In this document: one piece after another, positions 21,989 through 30,920 of the stretch
Numbering within the stretch: position 1 is the first letter of the stretch
Layout of the letters: every line of letters begins with the position of its first letter
Assembly (NCBI GenBank): GCA_016793885.1
Contig: JAEUHE010000079.1
Location: 36,234-100,233 of the forward strand
Length of the DNA stretch: 64,000 nt
From: Verrucomicrobiales bacterium
GTDB lineage: Bacteria > Verrucomicrobiota > Verrucomicrobiia > Limisphaerales > UBA11320
Direction: 5' to 3'
Notes under the pieces: generated by a model
What the model saw: only the letters and a program-made list of their open reading frames with translations
Told to the model about the DNA's origin: nothing
Databases searched by the model: none
Translations under genes and position numbers: made by a program

Positions 21989-22315
21989 GTGAAAAAGTAC
22001 GAAGGTCTGTTCATCCTGAACACAGCTGGCAAAGAAGAAGGCATCAAGGAAGCCATCGACAAGATCTCTGCGGAGATCACCCAGGCGGGTGGAAAAGTGG
22101 AAACTGTCCAGAAGATGGACAAGAAGAACTTCTCCCGCGTGGCCATCAACAAGTTCACCTCGGGTTTCTATGTGAACATCATTTTCGAGGGCAAGCCGGC
22201 GATCGTTTCCCAGCTGCAATCGCGCTTCTCGCTCAACGAAGAGGTTTTTCGAGTTCTCTTCACTCACGCGGGACCTACACCGGTGACACCTCAGGTGCCA
22301 GCCCCTGTTAAGTAG
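21989..22315 (+). CDS. rpsF: 30S ribosomal protein S6
   Basis: MKKYEGLFILNTA...GFYVNIIFEG is an S6 family pattern. GTG start. Confidence 0.9.
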   Translation: MKKYEGLFILNTAGKEEGIKEAIDKISAEITQAGGKVETVQKMDKKNFSRVAINKFTSGFYVNIIFEGKPAIVSQLQSRFSLNEEVFRVLFTHAGPTPVTPQVPAPVK

Positions 22316-22344
22316 CCGAACGCGAGGCATCCCCTTCCCCACCC

Positions 22345-22842
22345 ATGGCCAATTTCAACAAAGTGATTATCGCAGGGAACCTGACCCGGGACCCTGAGCT
22401 TCGCTACACTCCGAAGGGCACCGCGACGGCGCGGATCGGAATGGCCATCAACCGCAGTTGGAAGGCGGAGACCGGCGAAACCCGCGAAGAGGTGACCTTC
22501 GTGGACGTGGATGTCTTCGGGCGTCAAGCGGAGGTCATCGCCCAGTATGTGCGCAAGGGCCGTCCGCTGCTCGTGGAAGGACGTTTGAAGCTGGACCAAT
22601 GGGAAGACAAGACGACTCACCAGAAGCAAAGCAAGCTGAAGGTGATTCTCGAAAGCTTTAGCTTCCTGGACAGCAACCGCGGTTCTGAAGGGGGAGGTGC
22701 CCCTGGTGGTGGTGCCGGCGATATGCCCCGTGAGATGGCCCGGCCGAGATCCACAGCGCCGGCCGCAGCCGCCCCGGTCGCCAGCGCCCCGATGGGTGAT
22801 GCCGACCAACCTCCTTCCGAGGAGGATGATGTTCCCTTTTGA
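22345..22842 (+). CDS. ssb: Single-stranded DNA-binding protein
   Basis: OB-fold N-terminus MANFNKVIIAGNLTRDPELRYTPKG, a Gly-rich linker, and an acidic C-terminal tip EEDDVPF. Confidence 0.92.
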   Translation: MANFNKVIIAGNLTRDPELRYTPKGTATARIGMAINRSWKAETGETREEVTFVDVDVFGRQAEVIAQYVRKGRPLLVEGRLKLDQWEDKTTHQKQSKLKVILESFSFLDSNRGSEGGGAPGGGAGDMPREMARPRSTAPAAAAPVASAPMGDADQPPSEEDDVPF

Positions 22843-22924
22843 TCCCGTGTTGATCCCTGATTGAGAAATGGCCTGGTAAACGGCCTGGCTTCCAGGCCCC
22901 CGAATTTATTAAAGAAAGACTCTT

Positions 22925-23509
22925 ATGGCAAAAGTTGAAGTGATCCTGGTTGAAAATGTAATCGGCCTCGGAGCGGAATCCGATCAAGTGAAAGTCGCAT
23001 CCGGTTACGCACGCAATTTCCTGCTTCCCAACCGGCTCGCGATCCCGGTGACGTCGGCCAACAAGCGCCGGCTCGAAGTTCTCCGCCAACGGCGCGCGGA
23101 ACGCGAAGCCCACGAGTTCAATGCGATGACGGAATTGGCCAAGAGCCTATCCAAGCTCACCGCTGTCCTCAGTGTGAAAACCGGGGATGACGGAAAGATG
23201 TTCGGATCCGTTACGGCGGGCACCATCGCCGACCAACTCAAAAACCAGTTCGATATCGCCCTCGATAAGAAAAAGATCCACCTCGCAGAACCCATCCGCA
23301 GTTTGGGTGATCATGAGGTCGAACTGAAGCTCCACGCTGAGGTCAAAACCACTCTCAAAGTGAAAGTCCAAAGCCTCACACCTCCGCCGGCCGCGACAAC
23401 CGAAGACGCTGCTGGTAAGGACAAGCAGGGAGAAGCGGGCGGAGATCGCCGCACTGAAAAGCGCGGCCGCAAGCCCGCTGAAGGCAAAAAGCCCGAAGCC
23501 AAAGCGTAA
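22925..23509 (+). CDS. rplI: 50S ribosomal protein L9 with a basic C-terminal extension
   Basis: MAKVEVILVENVIGLGAESDQVKVASGYARNFLLP is an L9 N-domain. There is no rpsR between ssb and rplI. Confidence 0.9.
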   Translation: MAKVEVILVENVIGLGAESDQVKVASGYARNFLLPNRLAIPVTSANKRRLEVLRQRRAEREAHEFNAMTELAKSLSKLTAVLSVKTGDDGKMFGSVTAGTIADQLKNQFDIALDKKKIHLAEPIRSLGDHEVELKLHAEVKTTLKVKVQSLTPPPAATTEDAAGKDKQGEAGGDRRTEKRGRKPAEGKKPEAKA

Positions 23510-23546
23510 TCCACGCTTACCAAAGAAACCCATCTATTTGATAAAA

Positions 23547-23576
23547 AGGCAGATCCGAAAGGATCTGCCTTTTTTA
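23547..23576 (+). terminator. Rho-independent terminator of the prs-rplI ribosomal cluster
   Basis: Perfect hairpin aggcagatcc-gaaa-ggatctgcct followed by TTTTTT. Confidence 0.8.
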
Positions 23577-24096
23577 ATGAATTCATAAGAATAGTCTAAA
23601 CTTCTCCTTAACTATTCCAAAAGAGGACCGATTAATTAGGTAGACTCGCAGGAGTCAAACGGAATCAGAGAATCAGGAACTTCGGTGGTTTGCGGGCAGC
23701 GAACGTGAACCAAAACCGACACGGATTCAAAATCTTCTAGGTGTGGTTACGAGAGCAGGCCTGTGACAGGGCGCTTCGGACACACAACCGAGAAACCAAT
23801 TTGCGGGAGAGGATCAGTCGGTCCGCCCCCCCCCCTCTCCACCCCAGGCTTGCTGACCTGAACTCTCCCGCATTCCCGCCTCGCGCGAGGCGGACCTGAC
23901 TAGGGGCCCCCCCTCTCCACCCCAACCCCTAGTCCCGGTCCGCCCGCGCTCTTCTTTTCTCAGGACTTCCCCCCAGACTTGCGGATTCTTCGAACTTGAG
24001 CGATTAATGACTCAATCCGTTATATCCTGGCCCACGATCACTCCGGACGTTTAGTTGAGCGTTCGGCTTGAGTGGCTGGTCCATGAGTCCCGTTGT

Positions 24097-24906
24097 ATGA
24101 AGACCCTAAGATGTTTGTCCCTGCTGACCCTCTCAGCCTCATTCTGGCTCTCCCTGCCTGCCCCCGTGAGTGCCCTGGACGAAAAGCCAGTCTCACCGTC
24201 GTCTCTGGAGATACCGCAGTTTCCGGCGGTCATGGACTTTCCCAAGATCAGCGGAGTTTTCGTTCAAGGGGGAGCGTTGTTTCGCTGGGACAACGGGGTT
24301 AAAACGTCGATTTCAGGACCCCTACGCTTCGGGGCCGACTACGAGATCAAACCCGACGGAGAGGTGCTCCGGGCCACGTCCGCACTCTGGCGTCTGACCG
24401 AAGGTCAGATCCTCTTCCACGACGGCTCGATCCTCCTGGACGACGGCACCATGTCCTACCTTGAGGATCACTATATTCAGCAGGCCGGAAAGTTGGTTAA
24501 GGTGTCAGGAGGCAAACAGACCGTGCAAGCTCCGGGCCTGCGCCTCCCCAATGGGATTATCGTGAAAGAGTATGGCCGCATGCTCATGCCCAACGGATAC
24601 CTTTCCATCCTGCAGGACGGTCAAGTCCTCCGGGCAGATGGTGAGGAACTTGCCGCGTGGGATACCATCCAGTTCCAGAACGGGGCGGTGACGCTTTTCA
24701 AGGATGGTTCCAAACTCGCGCTGGCTCCGGGGCGCCTGATGGTGATGAATGACGGCACCAAAGTATGGGGTAACGGGATGATTTCCCGACGGACACGGCT
24801 CAGCAACTGGGACGAGGTTAAGTTTCAGCTGCCCGAGGGAGCAACGGTGCGGGTGCCGCGCGTGGCCGGCGCTACCAATAAGCGCCGAGCCGAACGGGGA
24901 TATTGA
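24097..24906 (+). CDS. Secreted hypothetical protein (270 aa) with internal Gly/Asp-punctuated repeats
   Basis: Signal peptide MKTLRCLSLLTLSASFWLSLPAPVSA. Repeats include ...DGEVLRATSALWRL..., ...DGQVLRADGEELAAWD... and ...DGSKLALAPGRLMVMNDGTKVW.... I recognised no family. Confidence 0.55.
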   Translation: MKTLRCLSLLTLSASFWLSLPAPVSALDEKPVSPSSLEIPQFPAVMDFPKISGVFVQGGALFRWDNGVKTSISGPLRFGADYEIKPDGEVLRATSALWRLTEGQILFHDGSILLDDGTMSYLEDHYIQQAGKLVKVSGGKQTVQAPGLRLPNGIIVKEYGRMLMPNGYLSILQDGQVLRADGEELAAWDTIQFQNGAVTLFKDGSKLALAPGRLMVMNDGTKVWGNGMISRRTRLSNWDEVKFQLPEGATVRVPRVAGATNKRRAERGY

Positions 24907-24912
24907 GCCGCA

Positions 24913-27882
24913 TCACTTGCGGGCTTCCGGAGTCACCGTCAGCGTCAGGCTTTCGGCCCCCCGCTGCACGACCACCACCACCGGCTGGCCGATCTTAACG
25001 GCGTCGAGCGCGTAGGTGTAGTCGTAGATATTGGCGATTTTTTGTCCCGCAAACTGCGTGATGACGTCTCCCCCCTTCAAACCAGCTTTGTCAGCCGGGC
25101 TTCCGCCACGCACGCCGCTTAACTTCACTCCGCTGACCTCGGTCGCATAGTCAGGGATGGTCCCCAGGTAGGCCCGCAGATTGTCCCGGCTTCCACCCTC
25201 GGTGGCGGCCCGCGCGACCTTCACATAACCGATCGTTTCTCCAGGCTGCAGGAGGTCCTTCACCAACCGCGAGGCAAACTGAGTGATGCGTTCCAAACCC
25301 TCGTAGTTCAAGGTTTCCGGCTTGTCGGTGGGTCGATGGTAGTCCTCATGGCTGCCAGTGAAGAAGTTGAGCACCGGAATGCCCTTGGGGTAAAACGCCG
25401 TCACATCGGTAGGTAGATACGGGTCCTCCTGAAGATTGAGATTGAATCCCGCGGCCACGTTTCGTTTTTCGATCAAACGTCGCCATCCGGTGGAGGACCC
25501 GATGCCCTGTAAACTCAATCGGTTCTCCCGAAGCCTTCCGACCATGTCAAAATTGACGTAGGCAGCGATGTTTCTCAACCCGAGAGGCGGATGCTCCGCG
25601 AAATAGGAACTGCCGAGCAGTCCCATTTCCTCACCCGACCAGAATGCCACCATGAGACCACGTCGAGGCTCGCCGGCCCGGGCCGCTGTGGCCGCGGCAA
25701 TCGATGAAGCCAACTCCAGCACTGCGGCAACGCCCGAGGCATTGTCGTCGGCACCCGAATGAATCTGGTTCTCCTCGCCTTTGTGGTGGAGTGAGTTGCC
25801 ATCCCCATGGCCTAGATGATCATAGTGGGCTCCCACCATTACATACTCCGACACTCCGGTGCTGGGAGGCAGGATCGCCACGACATTTCGGTCCGTCTGC
25901 TTGATCTGTCGAACCGCGGCGGCCAGGGATAGCTTGGCCTTCGAAAGCCGGAAACCGCCCTCGGCATGAGGATTTTCGGTATCGAAACCGGTTTGCAGTT
26001 CCTTCAAGTCCTTGCCCTCGGCAGCAAACCAAGGCGCCACGACCGATGCCTTGACGGACATGGCCACAATGCCGGAGCCCGAGAGGCTGCCATCGGAGGA
26101 CAGCGAGATCAGATCTTCCGGATGAGGCGAATTGGGACCGCTGACCACCAGCAAAGCGCGGGCTCCGTGCTCCCGTGCCATCATCGCCTTGTAGCGCAGA
26201 CCTGCGTAACGGTTCAGCTCCTGGCGGCGCTTGGGCTCCACCTCCTCAGGCACATACCTCAGCACCAAAACCACCTTATTCGACACGTCCAAGCCCGCAT
26301 AGGAATCATACCCCACCCCTGGCTTACCAGGCACCACCAACCCATATCCAGCGAACACCACCTCTCCTTCCACCGCGCCGTTGGCCGTGAAACTCAGCGG
26401 CCTAAAGTCCTGTTCCACCGCGTAGGTCCGCTGGGCCCCCTCAGAACTCGTCCAGGTCATCCGTGTCTCACCGGTGACCACCTGACTGCTGGCGGTGAAT
26501 TCGAAGGGCTGAAAGCAGTTGGTGCCGCCGTCGGTCCCAGTCAAGGAAGCCTTTTGGAGCAAGCGGCTCAGATAGTCGGCGGCCAACCTCGCGCCTTCGG
26601 ATCCGGTCAAGCGGCCCGCCAAACGATCGGACGCCAGGAAGTCCACATGTTGCCGGAGATCGGACAGGCGGATCTCCGGGCTCAGCTCACGGTCGCCCGC
26701 CAACTTCGCTTCGGGAGGATGAACATGAGCCGCACCCAGGCCGGCGGCTGGGGAGGTTCCCGTTGGGGAATGGCGCCGCGGGGCCTTAGCGAGCGCTTCC
26801 AAAGCGGCATCGTGATTCCACTGGGCAAGGAAAAGCTGAGACTGCTTTTCGGGCGTCCGATTGGAGGTCCAACACAGCTGGCGGCCATTGGGAGAGAAAA
26901 CGGGCAGCCCGTCAAAGCCCTCCGAGAATGTCACCCGCACGGGTTCGCGCTCGCCCTCGCTGTCCACGAGGAAGAGCTCAAAGTTCTCAAAGCCGAGCTT
27001 GTTGGCAGTAAAGATCGCGTAGCGACCCGAGGGATGAAAATACGGAGCCCAGGACATCGCTCCAAAATCGGTCAACCGCCGCACGTCCGTGCCGTCCAAC
27101 TTCATCGTAAAAACATCAGCGTTCACCCCCGTGGAATCGAATCGACGCCAGATGATGCGTTGTCCGTCGGGGGAGAAAAACGGCCCACCGTCATACCCGG
27201 GCTGGCGGGTGAGCCGCCTCACCTCGGATCCATCGATCCTCATGAGGTAGATTTCACCAAACCAGGACGGGTCCTGCGCCAGACGCTGGCGATCCTCGGC
27301 CGACAGTCGGTCGGCGGGATAAGCGTCGCGCAAGGAGCAAAACACCACCCATTGTCCATCGGGTGAAACCGCGCCTTCGGCATCGTAGCCCTGAGAGTCC
27401 GTCAGCCGGCGCAGTCCCCCGCCCTGGCGATCCGCCAGGTATATGTCCATCTGAGCATCGTAATCCCACGAATAACGACGGGTCTTGCCGCTGGCCCGAA
27501 ACTCGAGTTCCTCCTGCTGCTTCTTGACCGCGTCGGGATCGGCGTGCGTGGAGGCGAAGAGCACCTGGTCGGTGCCGGGACGAAAGAAAGCGCAGGTGGT
27601 TTTACCCACGCCGGGAGAAACCCGATGAGTGTCACCGCTCCGGAGATCCAGCACGTAGATCTGATAAAATGGATTGGCGGGCTCCCGCTCACTCTGAAAA
27701 ACCAGCTGGGTGCCGTCGGGAGAGAAGTATCCTTCGCCACTTCTTCGGCCCTCGAAAAGCAGCTGCCGAGTCTGGCTCAAAAAAGTGGATTCCAGTTCAG
27801 AAGGGGCGGCACTGGTCGATACACACATTGAAAATGCCAGGGCAGCGCTGAGGAAGATCAGGCGGTTCGAGAGTGGCGACAT
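24913..27882 (-). CDS. Multidomain secreted protease: TolB-like beta-propeller, PA plus M28 family zinc aminopeptidase, and a C-terminal PDZ domain
   Basis: Signal peptide, then PD40/TolB repeats (YFSPDGTQLVFQSER, AVSPDGQWVVF, FFSPDGQRIIW, FSPNGRQLCWTS). M28 motifs follow: MVGAHYDHLGHG, GADDNASGVAAVLE, WSGEEMGLLGS, NFDMVG. The PDZ segment is GSPADKAGLKGGDVI. The track ORF extends to 27978; the ATG at 27882 begins the signal peptide. Confidence 0.8.
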   Translation of the reverse strand: MSPLSNRLIFLSAALAFSMCVSTSAAPSELESTFLSQTRQLLFEGRRSGEGYFSPDGTQLVFQSEREPANPFYQIYVLDLRSGDTHRVSPGVGKTTCAFFRPGTDQVLFASTHADPDAVKKQQEELEFRASGKTRRYSWDYDAQMDIYLADRQGGGLRRLTDSQGYDAEGAVSPDGQWVVFCSLRDAYPADRLSAEDRQRLAQDPSWFGEIYLMRIDGSEVRRLTRQPGYDGGPFFSPDGQRIIWRRFDSTGVNADVFTMKLDGTDVRRLTDFGAMSWAPYFHPSGRYAIFTANKLGFENFELFLVDSEGEREPVRVTFSEGFDGLPVFSPNGRQLCWTSNRTPEKQSQLFLAQWNHDAALEALAKAPRRHSPTGTSPAAGLGAAHVHPPEAKLAGDRELSPEIRLSDLRQHVDFLASDRLAGRLTGSEGARLAADYLSRLLQKASLTGTDGGTNCFQPFEFTASSQVVTGETRMTWTSSEGAQRTYAVEQDFRPLSFTANGAVEGEVVFAGYGLVVPGKPGVGYDSYAGLDVSNKVVLVLRYVPEEVEPKRRQELNRYAGLRYKAMMAREHGARALLVVSGPNSPHPEDLISLSSDGSLSGSGIVAMSVKASVVAPWFAAEGKDLKELQTGFDTENPHAEGGFRLSKAKLSLAAAVRQIKQTDRNVVAILPPSTGVSEYVMVGAHYDHLGHGDGNSLHHKGEENQIHSGADDNASGVAAVLELASSIAAATAARAGEPRRGLMVAFWSGEEMGLLGSSYFAEHPPLGLRNIAAYVNFDMVGRLRENRLSLQGIGSSTGWRRLIEKRNVAAGFNLNLQEDPYLPTDVTAFYPKGIPVLNFFTGSHEDYHRPTDKPETLNYEGLERITQFASRLVKDLLQPGETIGYVKVARAATEGGSRDNLRAYLGTIPDYATEVSGVKLSGVRGGSPADKAGLKGGDVITQFAGQKIANIYDYTYALDAVKIGQPVVVVVQRGAESLTLTVTPEARK

Positions 27883-28096
27883 ACGGTCGGAAACTACCGT
27901 GGGCCGCCGAAAAACTCGAGTGTGAATCTCAGATTGACGACCGTCCGAATTTACCGCAGCTTGCCCGGGTTGGTTCAAAAACGTGCGGTGTCGGTGTCAC
28001 GGTGACAGCTTGTCCGGACTCCAGTCAAATGATGGGCAAACAGAATTCCTGCCAGGGCAGAATCTCCCACCGGTTTTTGGGCGTTTCAGATGGGTT

Positions 28097-28525
28097 ATGA
28101 ACGAATCGAGACTGTTTGTCGGCAATCTCTCGTACCAGACAACGGACAACGACCTCCAGGATTACTTCGCCGCCGCAGGGGTTGTGACTTCCGTTAACGT
28201 CGTGATGGACAAGCTCACCGGGCGCTCTCGCGGGTTTGCATTCATCGAATTCGGCTCGGCCGAAGACGCGAACAAGGCCGTGGAGATGTTTCACCAGAAG
28301 GAGTTCCAAGGCCGGGTTCTGACCGTCAACGTGGCTCGACCACGCGAAGAACGTCCTCCCGGCGGCGGGGGTGGCGGTGGCTTCCGCGGCGGCGGTGACC
28401 GGGGCGGACGCGGCGGCGGTGGAGACCGCCCAGATCGCGGCGGTCGCGGTGGTGACCGGGGCGGCGGGGATCGCGGAGACCGTGGCGATCGGGGAGATCG
28501 CGGCGAGCGGCGATACCGCGGTTGA
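28097..28525 (+). CDS. RNA-binding protein with one RRM domain and an RGG/Gly-Arg-Asp-rich tail
   Basis: RNP2 LFVGNLSY and RNP1 RGFAFIEF. The C-terminus is a GGGDRGGRGG repeat tract. Confidence 0.85.
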   Translation: MNESRLFVGNLSYQTTDNDLQDYFAAAGVVTSVNVVMDKLTGRSRGFAFIEFGSAEDANKAVEMFHQKEFQGRVLTVNVARPREERPPGGGGGGGFRGGGDRGGRGGGGDRPDRGGRGGDRGGGDRGDRGDRGDRGERRYRG

Positions 28526-28746
28526 TAGCCCGCTCGGTTATGTCCGCGAGCTTAGGCTCGAGAGTCGTCTTGCGGTGCTGTTGGAACCAGGCTGGCTGAC
28601 CAAGTCACCTGGGCCGGCTGAGTCAGGGTGAATTAGCGGCCTTTTTGATGGAACGGATTGGCCCTGAGTCCCAAAGATGATGTATTCCTTGAGTTGAGGT
28701 TTGACACCGATCCGAACCAACCCTAGTTTCACGCAGGAAACGTTTT

Positions 28747-29238
28747 ATGTCCGAGAACACTCCTAATCCAGGTGCCGTTCCGCCCACACCGGCGGAAGCA
28801 GCGAAGGTTCAACCCAAAAAGGAAACCGTCCGCATTCCTCTTCCGACTCCGCCCCCCAAGGCGGCTGCCTCGACCATTAAGTTGCCCTCGATTCCGGCGG
28901 GAGGCCCTCCTCCTCCGACCGCGGCCACTCAAGCAGCGCCGGCTCCGGTGGCAGCTGCCCCAGCCCCCGCTGTGAGATCGGCAGCGCCGGCGGCTCCCGT
29001 GCCCCCCTCGACCGGTGCACCCAGCTCCACTTTGGCCAAGCCCGCCGGTCACCAGACCGCGGCTCCCTCTCCGGCGACCCCTGCCAAACAGGCTCCGGCA
29101 CCAAGACCCGCCGCTGCGCCAAGCGGCCGCCTCGCCACCATTGATCTCGTGCTCGGGATTGCCGCAGCCGTCGCTGCGATCGCGGCCGTGGTAAGCATTT
29201 TCTTGCTGAACCAGTTAGCTCAAACGTCGGCGATCTGA
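28747..29238 (+). CDS. Pro/Ala-rich low-complexity protein with a C-terminal transmembrane anchor (hypothetical)
   Basis: 163 aa. The body is P/A/T-rich. The C-terminal hydrophobic helix is LVLGIAAAVAAIAAVVSIFLL. Coding status is uncertain because of the low complexity. Confidence 0.45.
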   Translation: MSENTPNPGAVPPTPAEAAKVQPKKETVRIPLPTPPPKAAASTIKLPSIPAGGPPPPTAATQAAPAPVAAAPAPAVRSAAPAAPVPPSTGAPSSTLAKPAGHQTAAPSPATPAKQAPAPRPAAAPSGRLATIDLVLGIAAAVAAIAAVVSIFLLNQLAQTSAI

Positions 29239-29317
29239 TGAGAGTGCGGATCACTTCAGGCCGAGTTGGCTCCCATCTAGGGATGGCGCTGACAGAATTT
29301 TGACTATATTTTGACCA

Positions 29318-29349
29318 AAAGTTGACCGAGTCCAAAGTTGACCGAGTCC
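29318..29349 (+). promoter_or_regulatory. Perfect tandem 16-bp direct repeat (aaagttgaccgagtcc x2) about 30 nt upstream of trxA; candidate promoter or operator
   Basis: Two abutting identical 16-mers, each containing a TTGAC -35-like hexamer. A further ttgactatattttgacc lies just upstream. Confidence 0.5.
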
Positions 29350-29381
29350 GAACTTGATCTACCAAACTAAGACCTGAATTT

Positions 29382-29714
29382 ATGGCCGCAGCCAACGTAC
29401 TGACTTTCACCTCCGCCAATTTTAAACAAGAGGTTTTGAGCTCGAGCACCCCGGTTTTTGTAGATTTTTGGGCCGAGTGGTGCGGACCGTGCAAGATGCT
29501 CGCCCCAACGATCGATGAACTTGCCGGGGACTACGCCGGCCGAGTGAAGTTCGGCAAGGTCAACATCGATAACGACCAAGACTTGGCCGTTCAATACAAC
29601 ATTCAGTCCATTCCGACCGTGTTGCTCTTCCGCGATGGCCAGATTGCCGGCCAGATTGTGGGCAGCGGCCCCAAGAAGAAATTCAAAGACGCGATCGACA
29701 AGGTCGCGGTCTAG
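29382..29714 (+). CDS. trxA: Thioredoxin
   Basis: 110 aa with the active site WCGPC and a typical thioredoxin fold sequence. Confidence 0.92.
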   Translation: MAAANVLTFTSANFKQEVLSSSTPVFVDFWAEWCGPCKMLAPTIDELAGDYAGRVKFGKVNIDNDQDLAVQYNIQSIPTVLLFRDGQIAGQIVGSGPKKKFKDAIDKVAV

Positions 29715-29784
29715 CTCTCGCTCGTTTGCGGAGCAGAGTTGGCCTGCCCAGGTGTAACGCTGCTCCGCAACGCATTCCGAGGCC

Positions 29785-30786
29785 ATGATCCTCACGCCTC
29801 GACAGCTGGTCCAAAAAGCCGACTTTTACCGTCAGCTCGGTCAGATGACAGAGGTAGGACTGACGCTGCAGCTGGCGTTGGAGACTGCCCTTAAGCACGC
29901 CCAATCCGGCCAGATGAAGCGGGCTCTTACCCGCGTAATCGAATCGATCCATCAAGGCTCCAGCTTCGGCGAGGCCTTGTTAGCCCAGGGCCGGTGGATG
30001 CCCGCCTTCGACATTGCCTTGCTGGGTGCCGGAGAGCAAAGCGGCCGGTTGCCTGCGTGTTTTCTCAAGCTCGCCGGCTACTACGATGACCGCGCACGGC
30101 TTCTCCGTCGCGTGCTGGCTTCCCTCGCCTACCCTATCTTCCTCGTCCACATCGCCGCCTTGGTCTTTCCGATCGGCGCGCTCCAAAACCTTGTGACGCA
30201 GGGAGCCATCGGATATTTCCTACTGACCAAGATTCTCATCCTCGGCCCGATCTACCTCACCGCCGGAGCCATCGCCTACTACTCTCAAAGCGACCGCAGT
30301 GAGTTCGTTCGCCGACTGCTCGACCGGGTGCTCGACCTAACTCCGGTCGTCGGCTCGTCCCGCCGCAGCATGGCCCTCTCCCGCTTCTGCCTCGCGCTGG
30401 AGGCTCTGATTAATGCCGGCGTGGAAACCATCCACGCCTTCGAGCTTTCCGCCGTGGCCAGCGGGTCCTTCCGCCTTCAGAACGCCTCGCGCGATTTCCG
30501 CTCGCAGCTGGAGTCAGGCGTGCCGCCGTCGCAAATGCTGGATCAAGCCGGCATCTTCCCTACTGAGTTCCTCCAGCAGTATCATTCCGCCGAACTGAGC
30601 GGTAAGATCGATGAAACCCTGGTGCGCATGCACAAGTATTATGAAGACCAGGGAGCCCGCCAGTCCCACCTGGCGGTTGTGCTCGGCGGAGGCATCATCT
30701 TTGGGGTAGTGATCATCACCATCGCGTGGCAGGTCATCCAGTTCTGGCTGGGGTATTTCAATCAGATCAACCAGGTCATCCCCTAG
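29785..30786 (+). CDS. Type II secretion system F (GspF/PilC) family platform-like inner-membrane protein, orphan (no cognate ATPase or pseudopilins nearby)
   Basis: Two T2SSF-like repeats (LLGAGEQSGRLPACFLKLAGYYDDRARLLRRVLASLAYPIF and HSAELSGKIDETLVRMHKYYEDQ), each followed by a transmembrane segment. At 333 aa it is shorter than canonical GspF. Confidence 0.65.
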   Translation: MILTPRQLVQKADFYRQLGQMTEVGLTLQLALETALKHAQSGQMKRALTRVIESIHQGSSFGEALLAQGRWMPAFDIALLGAGEQSGRLPACFLKLAGYYDDRARLLRRVLASLAYPIFLVHIAALVFPIGALQNLVTQGAIGYFLLTKILILGPIYLTAGAIAYYSQSDRSEFVRRLLDRVLDLTPVVGSSRRSMALSRFCLALEALINAGVETIHAFELSAVASGSFRLQNASRDFRSQLESGVPPSQMLDQAGIFPTEFLQQYHSAELSGKIDETLVRMHKYYEDQGARQSHLAVVLGGGIIFGVVIITIAWQVIQFWLGYFNQINQVIP

Positions 30787-30920
30787 CAGCCTGCCGCCTG
30801 CTAGCCCGCACAAATAGTGTTGGCTCTCCCAGCCCCATCTGGTAATCACACCTCTCACATTCGAGGTTAACAACAGATATTCGCACCTGCTCCTGTGATG
30901 AGCCAACTTTACTGAGAACC

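Noticed and set aside
25966-27366. 466-aa plus-strand ORF
   Set aside because: It is antisense to the TolB-M28-PDZ gene. It is a shadow ORF with low-complexity Arg/Gly/His-rich translation.
28360-28500. GGC/GAC-rich tandem repeat at the DNA level
   Set aside because: It is the coding sequence of the RGG/GDR low-complexity tail of the RRM protein. It is not an independent repeat element.
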